Source: Candidatus Omnitrophota bacterium
Lineage (GTDB): Bacteria; Omnitrophota; Gorgyraeia; Gygaellales; Profunditerraquicolaceae
Direction of reading: 5' to 3'
NCBI GenBank assembly: GCA_028712175.1
Contig: JAQTQQ010000002.1
Span: forward strand, 40,405 to 104,404
Length of the DNA: 64,000 nt
Part shown: piece after piece, positions 10,037-18,967 of the stretch
Layout of the letters: the number at the start of each line of letters is the position of its first letter
Numbering within the stretch: the stretch's first letter is position 1
Made by a program: the position numbers and the translations under genes
The notes under the pieces: model-generated
What the model was told of the DNA's origin: nothing
The model's database searches: none
Seen by the model: the letters and a program-made list of their open reading frames with translations, nothing else

Positions 10037-10258
10037 TTATAGCGCTATAACTTCCTTGATCTCAGGGACTTCCTGCCTAAGAATTCTTTCAATCCCGTTC
10101 TTTAAGGTCATTGAGCTCATTGGGCAACATCCGCAGCTTCCTTTTAGTTTTAATTTAACCACACCGTCAGAGGTAACATCAACTAATTCCACATTGCCGC
10201 CGTCGGCAGCCAGCATCGGCCTTACTTTATCTAAAGCTTTCTCAATTCTATCTCTCAT
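10037..10258 (-). CDS. NifU-like Fe-S cluster assembly domain protein (Nfu C-terminal domain type)
   Basis: 73 aa with the CGCCP Cys pair ([10 protein letters not shown]). Confidence 0.75.
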   Translation of the reverse strand: MRDRIEKALDKVRPMLAADGGNVELVDVTSDGVVKLKLKGSCGCCPMSSMTLKNGIERILRQEVPEIKEVIAL

Positions 10259-10318
10259 TTTCTTTCCTCCCTTTTTGGGTTATTTTACCATCTTAAAGAT
10301 TACCCGCAACTTATTTAT

Positions 10319-11239
10319 TTAAGATTCCTTTTTTAAAGCCAGATAACGAAAAGCGCTCAGCGCAGCTTTTGAGCCTTCGCCGGCTGCAATAATAATCTGT
10401 TTTTCCGGAACATCCGTAACATCTCCTGCGGCAAAAATCCCCGGGATATTAGTCCGGTTATCTACCGTAACTTTTATCTCTTTGTTTTGGTTCATTTGCA
10501 ATCCTTCCGCAAACGCGGAATTAGGAATAAGTCCGATCTCCACAAATACCCCGCCAACGGTTAATTGTTTTTCCTTGCCCTTGTCTTTTATTATAATGGC
10601 ATTAACAAATTTATCTCCGAGAATAGCCAAAACTTGAGAATTATTGTAAATTGTAACATTATCCGCCTCCTCGACCTTCTGACGCGCTACTTTGTCTCCC
10701 CCTAAACGGTCCGTATTATTTATAATATAAATATGCCCGGCAATTTTGACTAACTGCATAGCTGCGTCTAGCGCAGAGTTACCTCCTCCGATAACCGCTA
10801 CTTCTTTACCTGCAAACAGCGGGCCGTCGCATGTCGCACAATATGTCAGGCCTCGGTTCTTAAACTCTACTTCCCCTCTTACCCCCAGCTCTTTTGATTT
10901 CTTACCCGAGGCAATAATTACGCTTCTTGCCCGGTAATCTGCCTTGTTGGTTTCAATCAGAATAATCTCACCGGATTTCTTAAGCCTGATGACATTTTCG
11001 TTTTCTTTAAGTACAATATCATACTTGCTCATATGTTCCTGGAACTTCTTCGCAAGTTCCGGCCCGGTAATAAACTGATACCCGGTATAATTTTCAATGT
11101 CTCCGCTCCATGCTGCCTGGCCCCCGATATCAAGGCTAATGACCAAAAAATTTAATTTTTGCCTTGCCGCATAGACGCTGGCGGTAATTCCCGCAGGCCC
11201 TGCCCCAACAATAATTAAATCATAAATTTGCATAGTCAT
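10319..11239 (-). CDS. trxB: thioredoxin-disulfide reductase
   Basis: LIIVGAGPAG FAD motif, redox-active CATCDG, and second nucleotide site VIGGGNSALD. Confidence 0.9.
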   Translation of the reverse strand: MTMQIYDLIIVGAGPAGITASVYAARQKLNFLVISLDIGGQAAWSGDIENYTGYQFITGPELAKKFQEHMSKYDIVLKENENVIRLKKSGEIILIETNKADYRARSVIIASGKKSKELGVRGEVEFKNRGLTYCATCDGPLFAGKEVAVIGGGNSALDAAMQLVKIAGHIYIINNTDRLGGDKVARQKVEEADNVTIYNNSQVLAILGDKFVNAIIIKDKGKEKQLTVGGVFVEIGLIPNSAFAEGLQMNQNKEIKVTVDNRTNIPGIFAAGDVTDVPEKQIIIAAGEGSKAALSAFRYLALKKES

Positions 11240-11260
11240 TTATGCTGCAGCAGAAAGATT

Positions 11261-11497
11261 TTATATCCCCAATGCGAGCTTAATCTTTTCCTTATCAAAA
11301 CCGACGATAATCTGGCCATCAATATCTAAAACCGGAACCCCCATCTGGTTGCTTTTTTTTACCATCTCATCCGCAGCCAATTGGTCGGCTGCAACATCAA
11401 GATTCTGAAACTCAATCTTATTTTCTTTTAAAAAATCTTTAACCCTAATGCACCAAGGGCAAGTGGGGGTACTGTAAACTTTTACATATTTAGCCAT
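11261..11497 (-). CDS. glutaredoxin-like protein (YruB/NrdH-like)
   Basis: 78 aa with a CPWC active site and a thioredoxin fold. Confidence 0.7.
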   Translation of the reverse strand: MAKYVKVYSTPTCPWCIRVKDFLKENKIEFQNLDVAADQLAADEMVKKSNQMGVPVLDIDGQIIVGFDKEKIKLALGI

Positions 11498-11498
11498 A

Positions 11499-11969
11499 TT
11501 ATATTTCCTTTCTTAAATGTCCCGGAGCAAGGTTAACTATCTGCTCTGCCTTAAAAGCAATAAGATGCTTCGGGCCGGGGAGGCTTGCTTCGGGATGATG
11601 GGGGTGGATTTTATCTCTGGACAAATTTGCCAATAGCCTCTTTGCAATCCGGGAGGTTATATTATCCTCCCATTTTTTAATTATCTCCTGGCTGATATCA
11701 TCATTAGGCACAATACTTGCTTTACCTTTAAGGCAATAACCTGTAAATTTATACTCATCAACCGCACTAATGCTCACCAAAGGATTGCGTGTTATGTTCT
11801 CACAAGTCACTCCATGATAGACATCAACAAGATAAATCCTTCCTTCAGAATCAGCCTTAACTATAGCCTTGCATGAACTGTGGGGAAAGCCGTTTTTGTC
11901 TATAGAGGCAACTATCACAAATCCCTGGGCATAAAGAAAATCGATTATTTCCTGGGTAAGTTGTTTCAT
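11499..11969 (-). CDS. pyridoxamine 5'-phosphate oxidase-like FMN-binding split-barrel protein
   Basis: 156 aa with a PNPOx-like fold. It overlaps the upstream flavodiiron gene by 4 nt. Confidence 0.55.
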   Translation of the reverse strand: MKQLTQEIIDFLYAQGFVIVASIDKNGFPHSSCKAIVKADSEGRIYLVDVYHGVTCENITRNPLVSISAVDEYKFTGYCLKGKASIVPNDDISQEIIKKWEDNITSRIAKRLLANLSRDKIHPHHPEASLPGPKHLIAFKAEQIVNLAPGHLRKEI

Positions 11970-13153
11970 TTTAAAAGTTTGGAAAACTTACTGCCGAATT
12001 TAAAACAATCCTCTAGTTCGGTTTTATCAGGCAGGTACTTAAAAGATACGCCGGCAGCCGTAAAATCAGCACCACAATTCTTAAGCATTTCCTGCATCTC
12101 CGCAATTGCTCCGCCGGCCCATCCGTATGAGCCGAAAAAACCTATCTGCCTGCCTTTTGGCTTAAGCCCCTTGACAATCTCTAGGAACGCGGCAATATTC
12201 GGCAGCATATCATTATCATGAGTAGAGGAACCAAAAATAAACCCCTTAGCAGATAACATCTGCGTAATCACCTCTGTCCGGTCGCTGGTGGCTATGTCAT
12301 AAAGCTTAACTTCTGACCCCTCGGCTTCAACGCCTGAGGCAATTTTTCTGGCCATCTTCTCGGTTGCGCCCCACATCGTCTCATAAACTATTACTACTTT
12401 ATCCTTAGTTTCCCCTTTAGCCCAGGAAAGATAGGAATTTATTATTTTACCCGGATCCTTGCGCCAAATGACCCCATGGCTGGGAGCAATCATTTTAATA
12501 GGTATGTTTAACTTTTGGAGTTCCTGGATTTTCTTTAAAATTACCGCGCCAAGCGGCCAAAGAATGTTGGCATAATATTTTTCAGCCTCATCCATTAGCG
12601 CACATTGGTCAACCCGATCATCAAAACGCTCGGATGTAGCAAAATGCTGGCCAAAGGCATCGTTGGGCATAAGCAGGGAATCGCTCGGGCAGTATGTAAA
12701 CATACTATCCGGCCAGTGGATCATCGGCGCCTCAATAAAAGAAAGCCTGCGCTTACCTAATTTTAACTCATCACCGGTTTTAACAACCTGGAAATCCCAG
12801 TCTTTATAATAATGTTTATAGAGACCTTCTTTACACTTAAGAGTACCCAATATTTTGGCTTTTGGGCAATGCTGCATGACAGAGGGTAGCGCTCCGGAAT
12901 GATCAGCCTCAACATGATTAGCAATTACATAATCAATTTTCTCCGGCGGGATAATCTCCTTGATGTTGTCGATTAATTCCTGGGCAAATGGGCCATAAAC
13001 AGTATCAATAAGGCAGACATTCTCATCTATAACAAGATAGGCGTTATAACTTGTGCCCCTTTGCGTAGTATATGTATGCCCATGAAAATTACGCACATTC
13101 CAATCCACCACCCCTACGGAATATATATTCGGCAATATTTCTATGGCAGCCAT
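11966..13153 (-). CDS. flavodiiron protein (rubredoxin:oxygen/NO oxidoreductase, class A)
   Basis: 395 aa. Metallo-beta-lactamase-like di-iron domain (HVEADHSG) followed by a flavodoxin-like domain. Confidence 0.85.
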   Translation of the reverse strand: MAAIEILPNIYSVGVVDWNVRNFHGHTYTTQRGTSYNAYLVIDENVCLIDTVYGPFAQELIDNIKEIIPPEKIDYVIANHVEADHSGALPSVMQHCPKAKILGTLKCKEGLYKHYYKDWDFQVVKTGDELKLGKRRLSFIEAPMIHWPDSMFTYCPSDSLLMPNDAFGQHFATSERFDDRVDQCALMDEAEKYYANILWPLGAVILKKIQELQKLNIPIKMIAPSHGVIWRKDPGKIINSYLSWAKGETKDKVVIVYETMWGATEKMARKIASGVEAEGSEVKLYDIATSDRTEVITQMLSAKGFIFGSSTHDNDMLPNIAAFLEIVKGLKPKGRQIGFFGSYGWAGGAIAEMQEMLKNCGADFTAAGVSFKYLPDKTELEDCFKFGSKFSKLLK

Positions 13154-13197
13154 GGGCCCTCCTGTTTATCTTGCACCGGTAAATAACAACTTCTAAC

Positions 13198-13902
13198 CTA
13201 ATACCCTTGGAAGTTCTCCCTGACTATTCTTTCTTCCCCCAGCTGTAAATCTTCGACCAATATTTTATGCATTGCCTCGACCATCTGCGGCGGGCCGCAA
13301 AGATAAAACTTTCTTTCCAGATAATCCGGGATTTCGTTCTTTACAATTTTCTTGTCAATTAAACCTACTGTGCACTTAAATCCCGGTTCAGTCTCGCAAA
13401 GGACATGCGCCACCCTTAAAAGAGGATAATTCTTTTGCATTGCTTCAAAATCATCCTTAAAAACGATATCACGCACCGAACGGTTTGAATACACTAACAC
13501 CGCATCCGTGCTTAAGGATTTATCGACTATATACTTACAGATACTGCGGATGGGAGTAATTCCTATCCCGCCGGATAAAAAAGCTATCTTTTTCGAAACC
13601 TCGTCTAAAACAAACTTCCCGAAAGGATATTGGATAGTCAGCTTATCGCCGGCCTTTAAATTATTTAGGGCTTTAGAGAAATTGCTTTCGCTTAATTTCT
13701 TGGTAAACTCTAAATAGCATTTTTCGGTGGGAGAACTGGAAATAGAAAGATACTTTTTAAGTCCCGGGTCTCTCCCCACAGATACAGACATAAACTGGCC
13801 GGCCTTAAAATCAGCAATATCGCTCAATTCAAGCCGGAAACTTTTTACGTTATAATTACGCTGGATAATTTCTTTTACTCTAGCTTCAGTCTCAACGGGC
13901 AT
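13198..13902 (-). CDS. FNR-like FAD/NAD(P)-binding oxidoreductase
   Basis: The arrangement (FAD) ... GGIGITP (NAD) ... CGPPQM is typical of ferredoxin-NADP reductase or PyrK-like reductases. Confidence 0.7.
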   Translation of the reverse strand: MPVETEARVKEIIQRNYNVKSFRLELSDIADFKAGQFMSVSVGRDPGLKKYLSISSSPTEKCYLEFTKKLSESNFSKALNNLKAGDKLTIQYPFGKFVLDEVSKKIAFLSGGIGITPIRSICKYIVDKSLSTDAVLVYSNRSVRDIVFKDDFEAMQKNYPLLRVAHVLCETEPGFKCTVGLIDKKIVKNEIPDYLERKFYLCGPPQMVEAMHKILVEDLQLGEERIVRENFQGY

Positions 13903-13925
13903 TTGAACTCTGTGGCATTTAAATA

Positions 13926-14087
13926 TCAGACTATTTTTTCAAATTGGTCCTTACCTACTCCGCATTCAGGACACACCCAGGTATCCGGTAAATCTTCGAA
14001 ACTCGTTCCGGGGGTAATGCCGTTATCCGGGTCACCTATATTGGGGTCGTAAATATAACCGCAAACTAAACATTTGTACTTATTCAT
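13926..14087 (-). CDS. rub: rubredoxin (53 aa). It is absent from the ORF track because it is under 60 aa.
   Basis: Reverse-complement translation [53 protein letters not shown], with canonical CxxCG...CPxCG motifs. SD GGAGGG lies 3 nt upstream. Confidence 0.85.
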   Translation of the reverse strand: MNKYKCLVCGYIYDPNIGDPDNGITPGTSFEDLPDTWVCPECGVGKDQFEKIV

Positions 14088-14107
14088 TTTCCCTCCAAGG
14101 TTAAAGA

Positions 14108-14509
14108 TTATAATCGAATATCTTCTTCAGCTTTATAGATAATTCCTTTATTGCCTTGGTAGCTAGATATTTTAGGAATCTTTTCATCTTTAACAGGCAT
14201 GCCTTTATCAGGCAAGAGCATCCCGGGCATTTTATCTTTCCTGGCCGCTTGCCCCAAGCAGGAAGTTTTCATCTTCTGTTGCGCCATGGGTTTCATCGCA
14301 ACAGCATCACCTTGCATATTATAGATTGCTCCTGAAAAAACCACTAAAGCTGCCAGCCAAAGCAGGCTTGCTACAACATAACCGAAAATCTTTAATCCCT
14401 TCTCCTCTACCTTACGCACGGCAAAAAGCACAAAAAAACTTATTGTCAATAAAATCGCCAGCGGTACAACGGCTGTTAAGCTCGATAATCTCGGCATGAA
14501 CATACACAT
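14108..14509 (-). CDS. hypothetical membrane protein
   Basis: 133 aa with two predicted transmembrane helices and a Met/Pro/Lys-rich C-terminus. Confidence 0.35.
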   Translation of the reverse strand: MCMFMPRLSSLTAVVPLAILLTISFFVLFAVRKVEEKGLKIFGYVVASLLWLAALVVFSGAIYNMQGDAVAMKPMAQQKMKTSCLGQAARKDKMPGMLLPDKGMPVKDEKIPKISSYQGNKGIIYKAEEDIRL

Positions 14510-14564
14510 ACTACCCTCCTTTTTAGCCGCTCAGCTTACCTGTCAAGCGACAGATAAGCTGCTT

Positions 14565-14960
14565 TTACTCTACTTCGATTTCTTTTTCGCTTTTCCAAAT
14601 ACCATGGATATTACAATAAGAGGCGGCCATAATCGTGCCGCTTTTTTCAGTCTTGAAAGAAGCGCTGGCTTTGGGCTCGGAAAATATTGTGCTGGTATTC
14701 GGGCCCTGCGTAGATTCACCATGTGCAATGAATTCAAACCGCGCCAGATGATATGGGAACTTTTCTCCTGCGGCCAAAAAATACAGGTCAATAGATTTGA
14801 TATGATGCTCTGTAGTATTGGGGTGCGCTATTGAACTTCCTACGCTGACATTTATATCTAAAATACCGCCTTTTTTTATCTTTGCGGGACATTCGATAAC
14901 CGGAACATGTTTCTCGGTTTTCCAGTCCGCACTCTGCAGTAAATCCTTTAAATCTGCCAT
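14565..14960 (-). CDS. sor: superoxide reductase (neelaredoxin-type, single-iron)
   Basis: EKHVPVIE motif plus His and Cys ligands (HPNTTEHHI...CNIHG). 131 aa. Confidence 0.8.
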   Translation of the reverse strand: MADLKDLLQSADWKTEKHVPVIECPAKIKKGGILDINVSVGSSIAHPNTTEHHIKSIDLYFLAAGEKFPYHLARFEFIAHGESTQGPNTSTIFSEPKASASFKTEKSGTIMAASYCNIHGIWKSEKEIEVE

Positions 14961-14973
14961 AAACGCCTCCTTA

Positions 14974-16263
14974 TTATTTTTTCAATATTCTATTTAAATC
15001 TTCTTCCGGAGTGCTGATTAATTTTAGTTCAAATTTTTCCTGTAAGACTGCAAAAACATTCTTGCTGATGAACGCTGGAGGGGTTGGCCCGATATAGATT
15101 CCTTTGACATTAAGATACAACAAAGAGAGTAAAATGGCAACTGCTTTTTGCTCAAACCACGAAAGGACCAAAGTCAAAGGAAGCTGATTAACCGTACAGT
15201 TAAACGCGCCGGCTAACGCCAAAGCTACCTGAATGGCAGAATAAGCATTATTACATTGGCCAACATCAATTAACCTGGGTACTCCTTCGATATCCCCAAA
15301 ATCCAGTTTGTTAAAACGGTATTTTCCGCAAGCCAGCGTAAGTATTACGCAATCCTTAGGCACGCTCTCGGCAAATTCCGTATAGTAGTTGCGACCGGGC
15401 TTAGACCCATCGCAGCCGCCGATGAGGAAAAAATGCTTAATTTTACCTTCCTTAACTAATTTTACAATCTTATCTTTCAGCCCTAAGATAGCCGTATGGT
15501 GAAAACCTGTCCAGATTTTCTTCCCGGGGTTTTCAGGTAACGGCGGAAGGGATTTGGCTTTTTCAATCAAGGGCTTAAAATTGCGCTCTTTTAAATGCGT
15601 TGCCTGCGGAACACCGGTAATGCCTATAGTGAATAATCTATCCAAATAGGTATTCTCCGGAGGTATTAATACGCAGTTTGTAGTTGCAAGAATAGCCCCG
15701 CTAAAAGCATTGAATTCTTTCTTTTGCTCCTGCCAGGCTCCGCCGTAATTACCCGCCAGATGTTTAAACTTCTTTAACTCAGGGTAACCATGCGCCGGGA
15801 GCATTTCACTGTGTGTATAGATATTTATTCCTGTACCTTCGGTCTGCTTTAACAGTTCATAAAGGTCAAGCAGGTCATGGCCGGTAATCAAAATCCCTGG
15901 CCCGGATGCCGTTTTTGTTTCAACCTGCGTAGGCACGGGATTACCGAATCTTGACGTATGCGCTTTATCAAGCATCTCCATTGTCTTTAAATTTATTTCT
16001 CCGCATTTCAAAACTAACTCTAGGTGTTGATTAAGATCAAAACTAACATTGGTTATAGTTTTAAAAAGCGCTTCATGCATAAAAGCATCCACCTGTTCAT
16101 CGCGAGCGCCTAACTGGCGGGCATGATAGGCATAAGCTGCAATGCCTTTTAATCCGTATAAAAGCGTATCCTGCAAACTCTGGATATCTTCATTCTTGCC
16201 GCACACCCCGAGCTTTGTGCACCCTGTCGAGCCTGCTGTTTGTTCACATTGATAGCAAAACAT
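14974..16263 (-). CDS. hcp: hybrid-cluster protein / hydroxylamine reductase (short, class III-like)
   Basis: N-terminal CYQCEQTAGSTGCTKLGVCGK Cys cluster and Hcp core. Confidence 0.85.
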   Translation of the reverse strand: MFCYQCEQTAGSTGCTKLGVCGKNEDIQSLQDTLLYGLKGIAAYAYHARQLGARDEQVDAFMHEALFKTITNVSFDLNQHLELVLKCGEINLKTMEMLDKAHTSRFGNPVPTQVETKTASGPGILITGHDLLDLYELLKQTEGTGINIYTHSEMLPAHGYPELKKFKHLAGNYGGAWQEQKKEFNAFSGAILATTNCVLIPPENTYLDRLFTIGITGVPQATHLKERNFKPLIEKAKSLPPLPENPGKKIWTGFHHTAILGLKDKIVKLVKEGKIKHFFLIGGCDGSKPGRNYYTEFAESVPKDCVILTLACGKYRFNKLDFGDIEGVPRLIDVGQCNNAYSAIQVALALAGAFNCTVNQLPLTLVLSWFEQKAVAILLSLLYLNVKGIYIGPTPPAFISKNVFAVLQEKFELKLISTPEEDLNRILKK

Positions 16264-16266
16264 AGC

Positions 16267-16494
16267 CTACCCCCCTTTTAATTGTTTCCATTTCTCTTCT
16301 CCTATACAATTTCTCGCTGCCTTACACCAATCTACGCAAGAAGGCAGTTTATCCCTACAGATTAAACCGTTACACTTAGGACATCTTACTTTAATTTCAT
16401 CGGTAAAGATCTCCGCCGCATAGGCGCATTTTGAACAAATTATATTTTCTATGCCAGCCTTGCGAAAATCCTGGCCGGGGCATTTATCAATCAC
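16267..16494 (-). CDS. small Cys-rich zinc-ribbon protein, hypothetical
   Basis: 75 aa with several CxxC pairs. It overlaps the upstream ferredoxin gene by 4 nt. Confidence 0.35.
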   Translation of the reverse strand: MIDKCPGQDFRKAGIENIICSKCAYAAEIFTDEIKVRCPKCNGLICRDKLPSCVDWCKAARNCIGEEKWKQLKGG

Positions 16495-17318
16495 GAGAGT
16501 TTTTCTCCTTTAATACTAATAGTAACTTCTTCAAAAGGTATTTCCCTGCCTGAACTGCTTATAGCCTCTTTAATTGGAGCGATTAAACCAAAACAGCAAG
16601 GAACCTCCATATGAGCATAAGTCACGGACTTGATATTATTATCCGTGAAAATCTGTTTGAGCTTATCCTTATACAAAGAGATATCATCTAACTTTGGACA
16701 ACCTACCAGAAGAATTCTGCCTTTTAACAAATCTTGATGAAAGTTTGCATACGCAAAAGGCAGGCAATCTGCAGCGATTAGAATATCCGCGCCTTCAAAA
16801 TACGGGGCATGGACCGGAACAAGACGCAACTGTACAGGCCACTGCGCAAGAAAAGATTCTATGCCTGATTGATCCGAATTTGCCTTAACATCCTTTTTTC
16901 TAAAATCCATCGCCTTTGAACCCGGACAGCTAAAACAGGGCTGATTGATATTACAGGCATCTTCTAACTTAATCTCAATATTCTTTTCCTTTAAAAAATC
17001 CAAGGCCTGTTTCAAATAACCTGCCTCATTATGATCTTTCAGGTGAAACAAGTGCGCCTTGATTACATTAACCCCTTGCTTAATAATATTTTCCATAACC
17101 CTTCTTTCATCATAGGCCACGGCTTCTCTTTCTTCTATGCTAATAGCGCCTTTAGGGCAATGGCCGATACAAGCACCTAACCCATCGCAAAATAAATCGC
17201 TGACTAAACGCGCCTTCTGATCAATAATCTGGATTGCGCCTTCGGGGCAATTAGGTATACACAAAGCGCAACCATTACATTTATCAGGATCAATATTAAT
17301 AATCTTTCTTAACGACAT
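16491..17318 (-). CDS. 4Fe-4S dicluster ferredoxin-domain protein with a C-terminal Cys-rich domain
   Basis: Two CxxCxxCxxxCP motifs in the N-terminal region. Confidence 0.7.
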   Translation of the reverse strand: MSLRKIINIDPDKCNGCALCIPNCPEGAIQIIDQKARLVSDLFCDGLGACIGHCPKGAISIEEREAVAYDERRVMENIIKQGVNVIKAHLFHLKDHNEAGYLKQALDFLKEKNIEIKLEDACNINQPCFSCPGSKAMDFRKKDVKANSDQSGIESFLAQWPVQLRLVPVHAPYFEGADILIAADCLPFAYANFHQDLLKGRILLVGCPKLDDISLYKDKLKQIFTDNNIKSVTYAHMEVPCCFGLIAPIKEAISSSGREIPFEEVTISIKGEKLS

Positions 17319-17321
17319 GAC

Positions 17322-17720
17322 CTACCCCTCTATCAAAGATGATATTGTTATCTTTTTAAGTTCCCTAAGCGCCTGTCCTTCAATAAAACGGATTTTCTTT
17401 CTTAAAACACATTTACCTTTATTAGGACAGGCGTCTTTTTTAAGAAAGCACCCGTTTAACCCCAGGGGCCCCTGAAAAATACGCATTATATCGGTTATAT
17501 AAATCTTATCCGCGCCCCTCTTAAGCCTGAAACCTCCGCCTTGTCCTTTATAAGAGCCTAATATCTTCTCTTTTGTCAACTGCTGCAGAATTTTTCGCAT
17601 AAACGGCTTTGGAACACCGAGCTTATTAACCAGTTCAGCAACAGCTACAAGATCATTTATTTTAGAAATATAACAAATTGCGCGTAACGCATAATCGGTA
17701 TTTCTAGTAATAAGTTTCAC
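17322..17720 (-). CDS. Rrf2-family transcriptional regulator (NsrR/IscR-like). Apparent GTG start.
   Basis: Rrf2 HTH (TDYALRAICYI...) with three C-terminal Cys (CFLKKDACPNKGKC). SD GGAGG sits 5 nt before the GTG. Confidence 0.8.
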   Translation of the reverse strand: MKLITRNTDYALRAICYISKINDLVAVAELVNKLGVPKPFMRKILQQLTKEKILGSYKGQGGGFRLKRGADKIYITDIMRIFQGPLGLNGCFLKKDACPNKGKCVLRKKIRFIEGQALRELKKITISSLIEG

Positions 17721-17865
17721 AAAAACCTCCGATAATAAAATTGGGCAGTTTAACGTCTTACCCGGGACAACCTACTACAGCCCTCTTTACAGTGGGCCAC
17801 CGGCCTTAACATATACTTGACTGAAACACCCATGCTTAATCACCCCCTTCTTTTAAACTTACATT

Positions 17866-17894
17866 AATGATACCATATTAGTATCATTTGTCAA
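17866..17894 (-). promoter_or_regulatory. sigma70-like promoter overlapped by an 8-bp/7-nt/8-bp palindrome. Candidate Rrf2 operator for the rrf2-hcp operon.
   Basis: On the minus strand: TTGACA, 16-nt spacer, TATCAT. The palindrome AATGATAC-N7-GTATCATT (17866-17888) covers the spacer and the -10 box. Confidence 0.45.
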
Positions 17895-17905
17895 GAAAAA
17901 TTTTT

Positions 17906-18967
17906 CTATTTTATTAATAAGTTAAATATATACCCTATCCCTATAACCTGCGGTACGGCAACCGCCGGCATCCACAATGCCACTTTTCTGCCGACATTAC
18001 TCCAAAGCAAACCAATCTCGGTATAATCCGTAACTACCCCGGCCATTAAAAACACAAAACTATTTCCTAATGCTCCAGTCTGCCGGTAAATCTCAAAAGC
18101 CAGTGGGCTTGAGCCTTCCGAACAGACCTCAATTACCGTAGCCAGAGCTAAAGTAACAATTAACCCGAATAAATTCGGGCCCATGAACCTATGAAATAAG
18201 TGCGCAGGAATCATCGCTCCGGCAAGCGAGGCAATAAGCATGCCCAAGAGTATCCACCAGAGGACCATCTGAGACAGCATAATTAAACCGTTCATCACTC
18301 CCTCTAAATCCTTGCGCAAAGAACTTAAGTTAAATTTATAATTTCTAAGGCGGCCATAGAAATCTTTTTTAATTGAGTAGTTTAAGGGCACCTCTACAAT
18401 GTTCATATTCTTCTCAATTAATCCTTTTTTTTCTAAAAACATAAAAATAAAACCCGTGTTTATCGCGACAATTATAGCGGCAATAATAACAAGAACTCCC
18501 TTTAACCCAAAGAGGCTAACCAGCATCATAGATACTGCGATGTTGGCCCAAGGGCTTGCCAGAAGAAAACTTACTACAGCGGGGTTACTTGCCCCCTTCT
18601 TATGCAGCTGGATGGATAAAGCCAATATCCCATGGCTGCATGCGCTCATTAAGAACCCCAAAAACACTGCATTAACAATGGTCAGCGCTGACCTTTTGGA
18701 CAAAACCTTCGAGATATATTCCCTTGGGATATAATAATCAATAACTCCGCCTAAAAATAAACCCAAAGCTACTGCCCACCAAATTGACTTGAAATATTGG
18801 AATAAAACCTTACGAAAGGCTTCAAAGGCAGGGAAAATATATGAAAAGGCCACCAAGATAAAGATAAGCGCGGTAACCACAAATAACTTATTCTGCCACC
18901 AGTTTTTGTTTTTATTTCGGCAACAGGTTTGTGCTCCGGGCATTTTACCTCCAAATAAACCAAACAA
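17906..18967 (-). CDS. DUF318/YraQ-family two-repeat permease
   Basis: 353-aa polytopic protein with repeated CSHG / CSEG motifs at the repeat centres. Confidence 0.6.
   Translation of the reverse strand: MFGLFGGKMPGAQTCCRNKNKNWWQNKLFVVTALIFILVAFSYIFPAFEAFRKVLFQYFKSIWWAVALGLFLGGVIDYYIPREYISKVLSKRSALTIVNAVFLGFLMSACSHGILALSIQLHKKGASNPAVVSFLLASPWANIAVSMMLVSLFGLKGVLVIIAAIIVAINTGFIFMFLEKKGLIEKNMNIVEVPLNYSIKKDFYGRLRNYKFNLSSLRKDLEGVMNGLIMLSQMVLWWILLGMLIASLAGAMIPAHLFHRFMGPNLFGLIVTLALATVIEVCSEGSSPLAFEIYRQTGALGNSFVFLMAGVVTDYTEIGLLWSNVGRKVALWMPAVAVPQVIGIGYIFNLLIK

Noticed and set aside
14496-14834. Plus-strand ORF 14496..14834 and minus-strand ORF 14570..14791, both overlapping the SOR gene
   Set aside because: The superoxide reductase frame (EKHVPV motif) explains this region. 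The alternatives are out-of-frame shadows.
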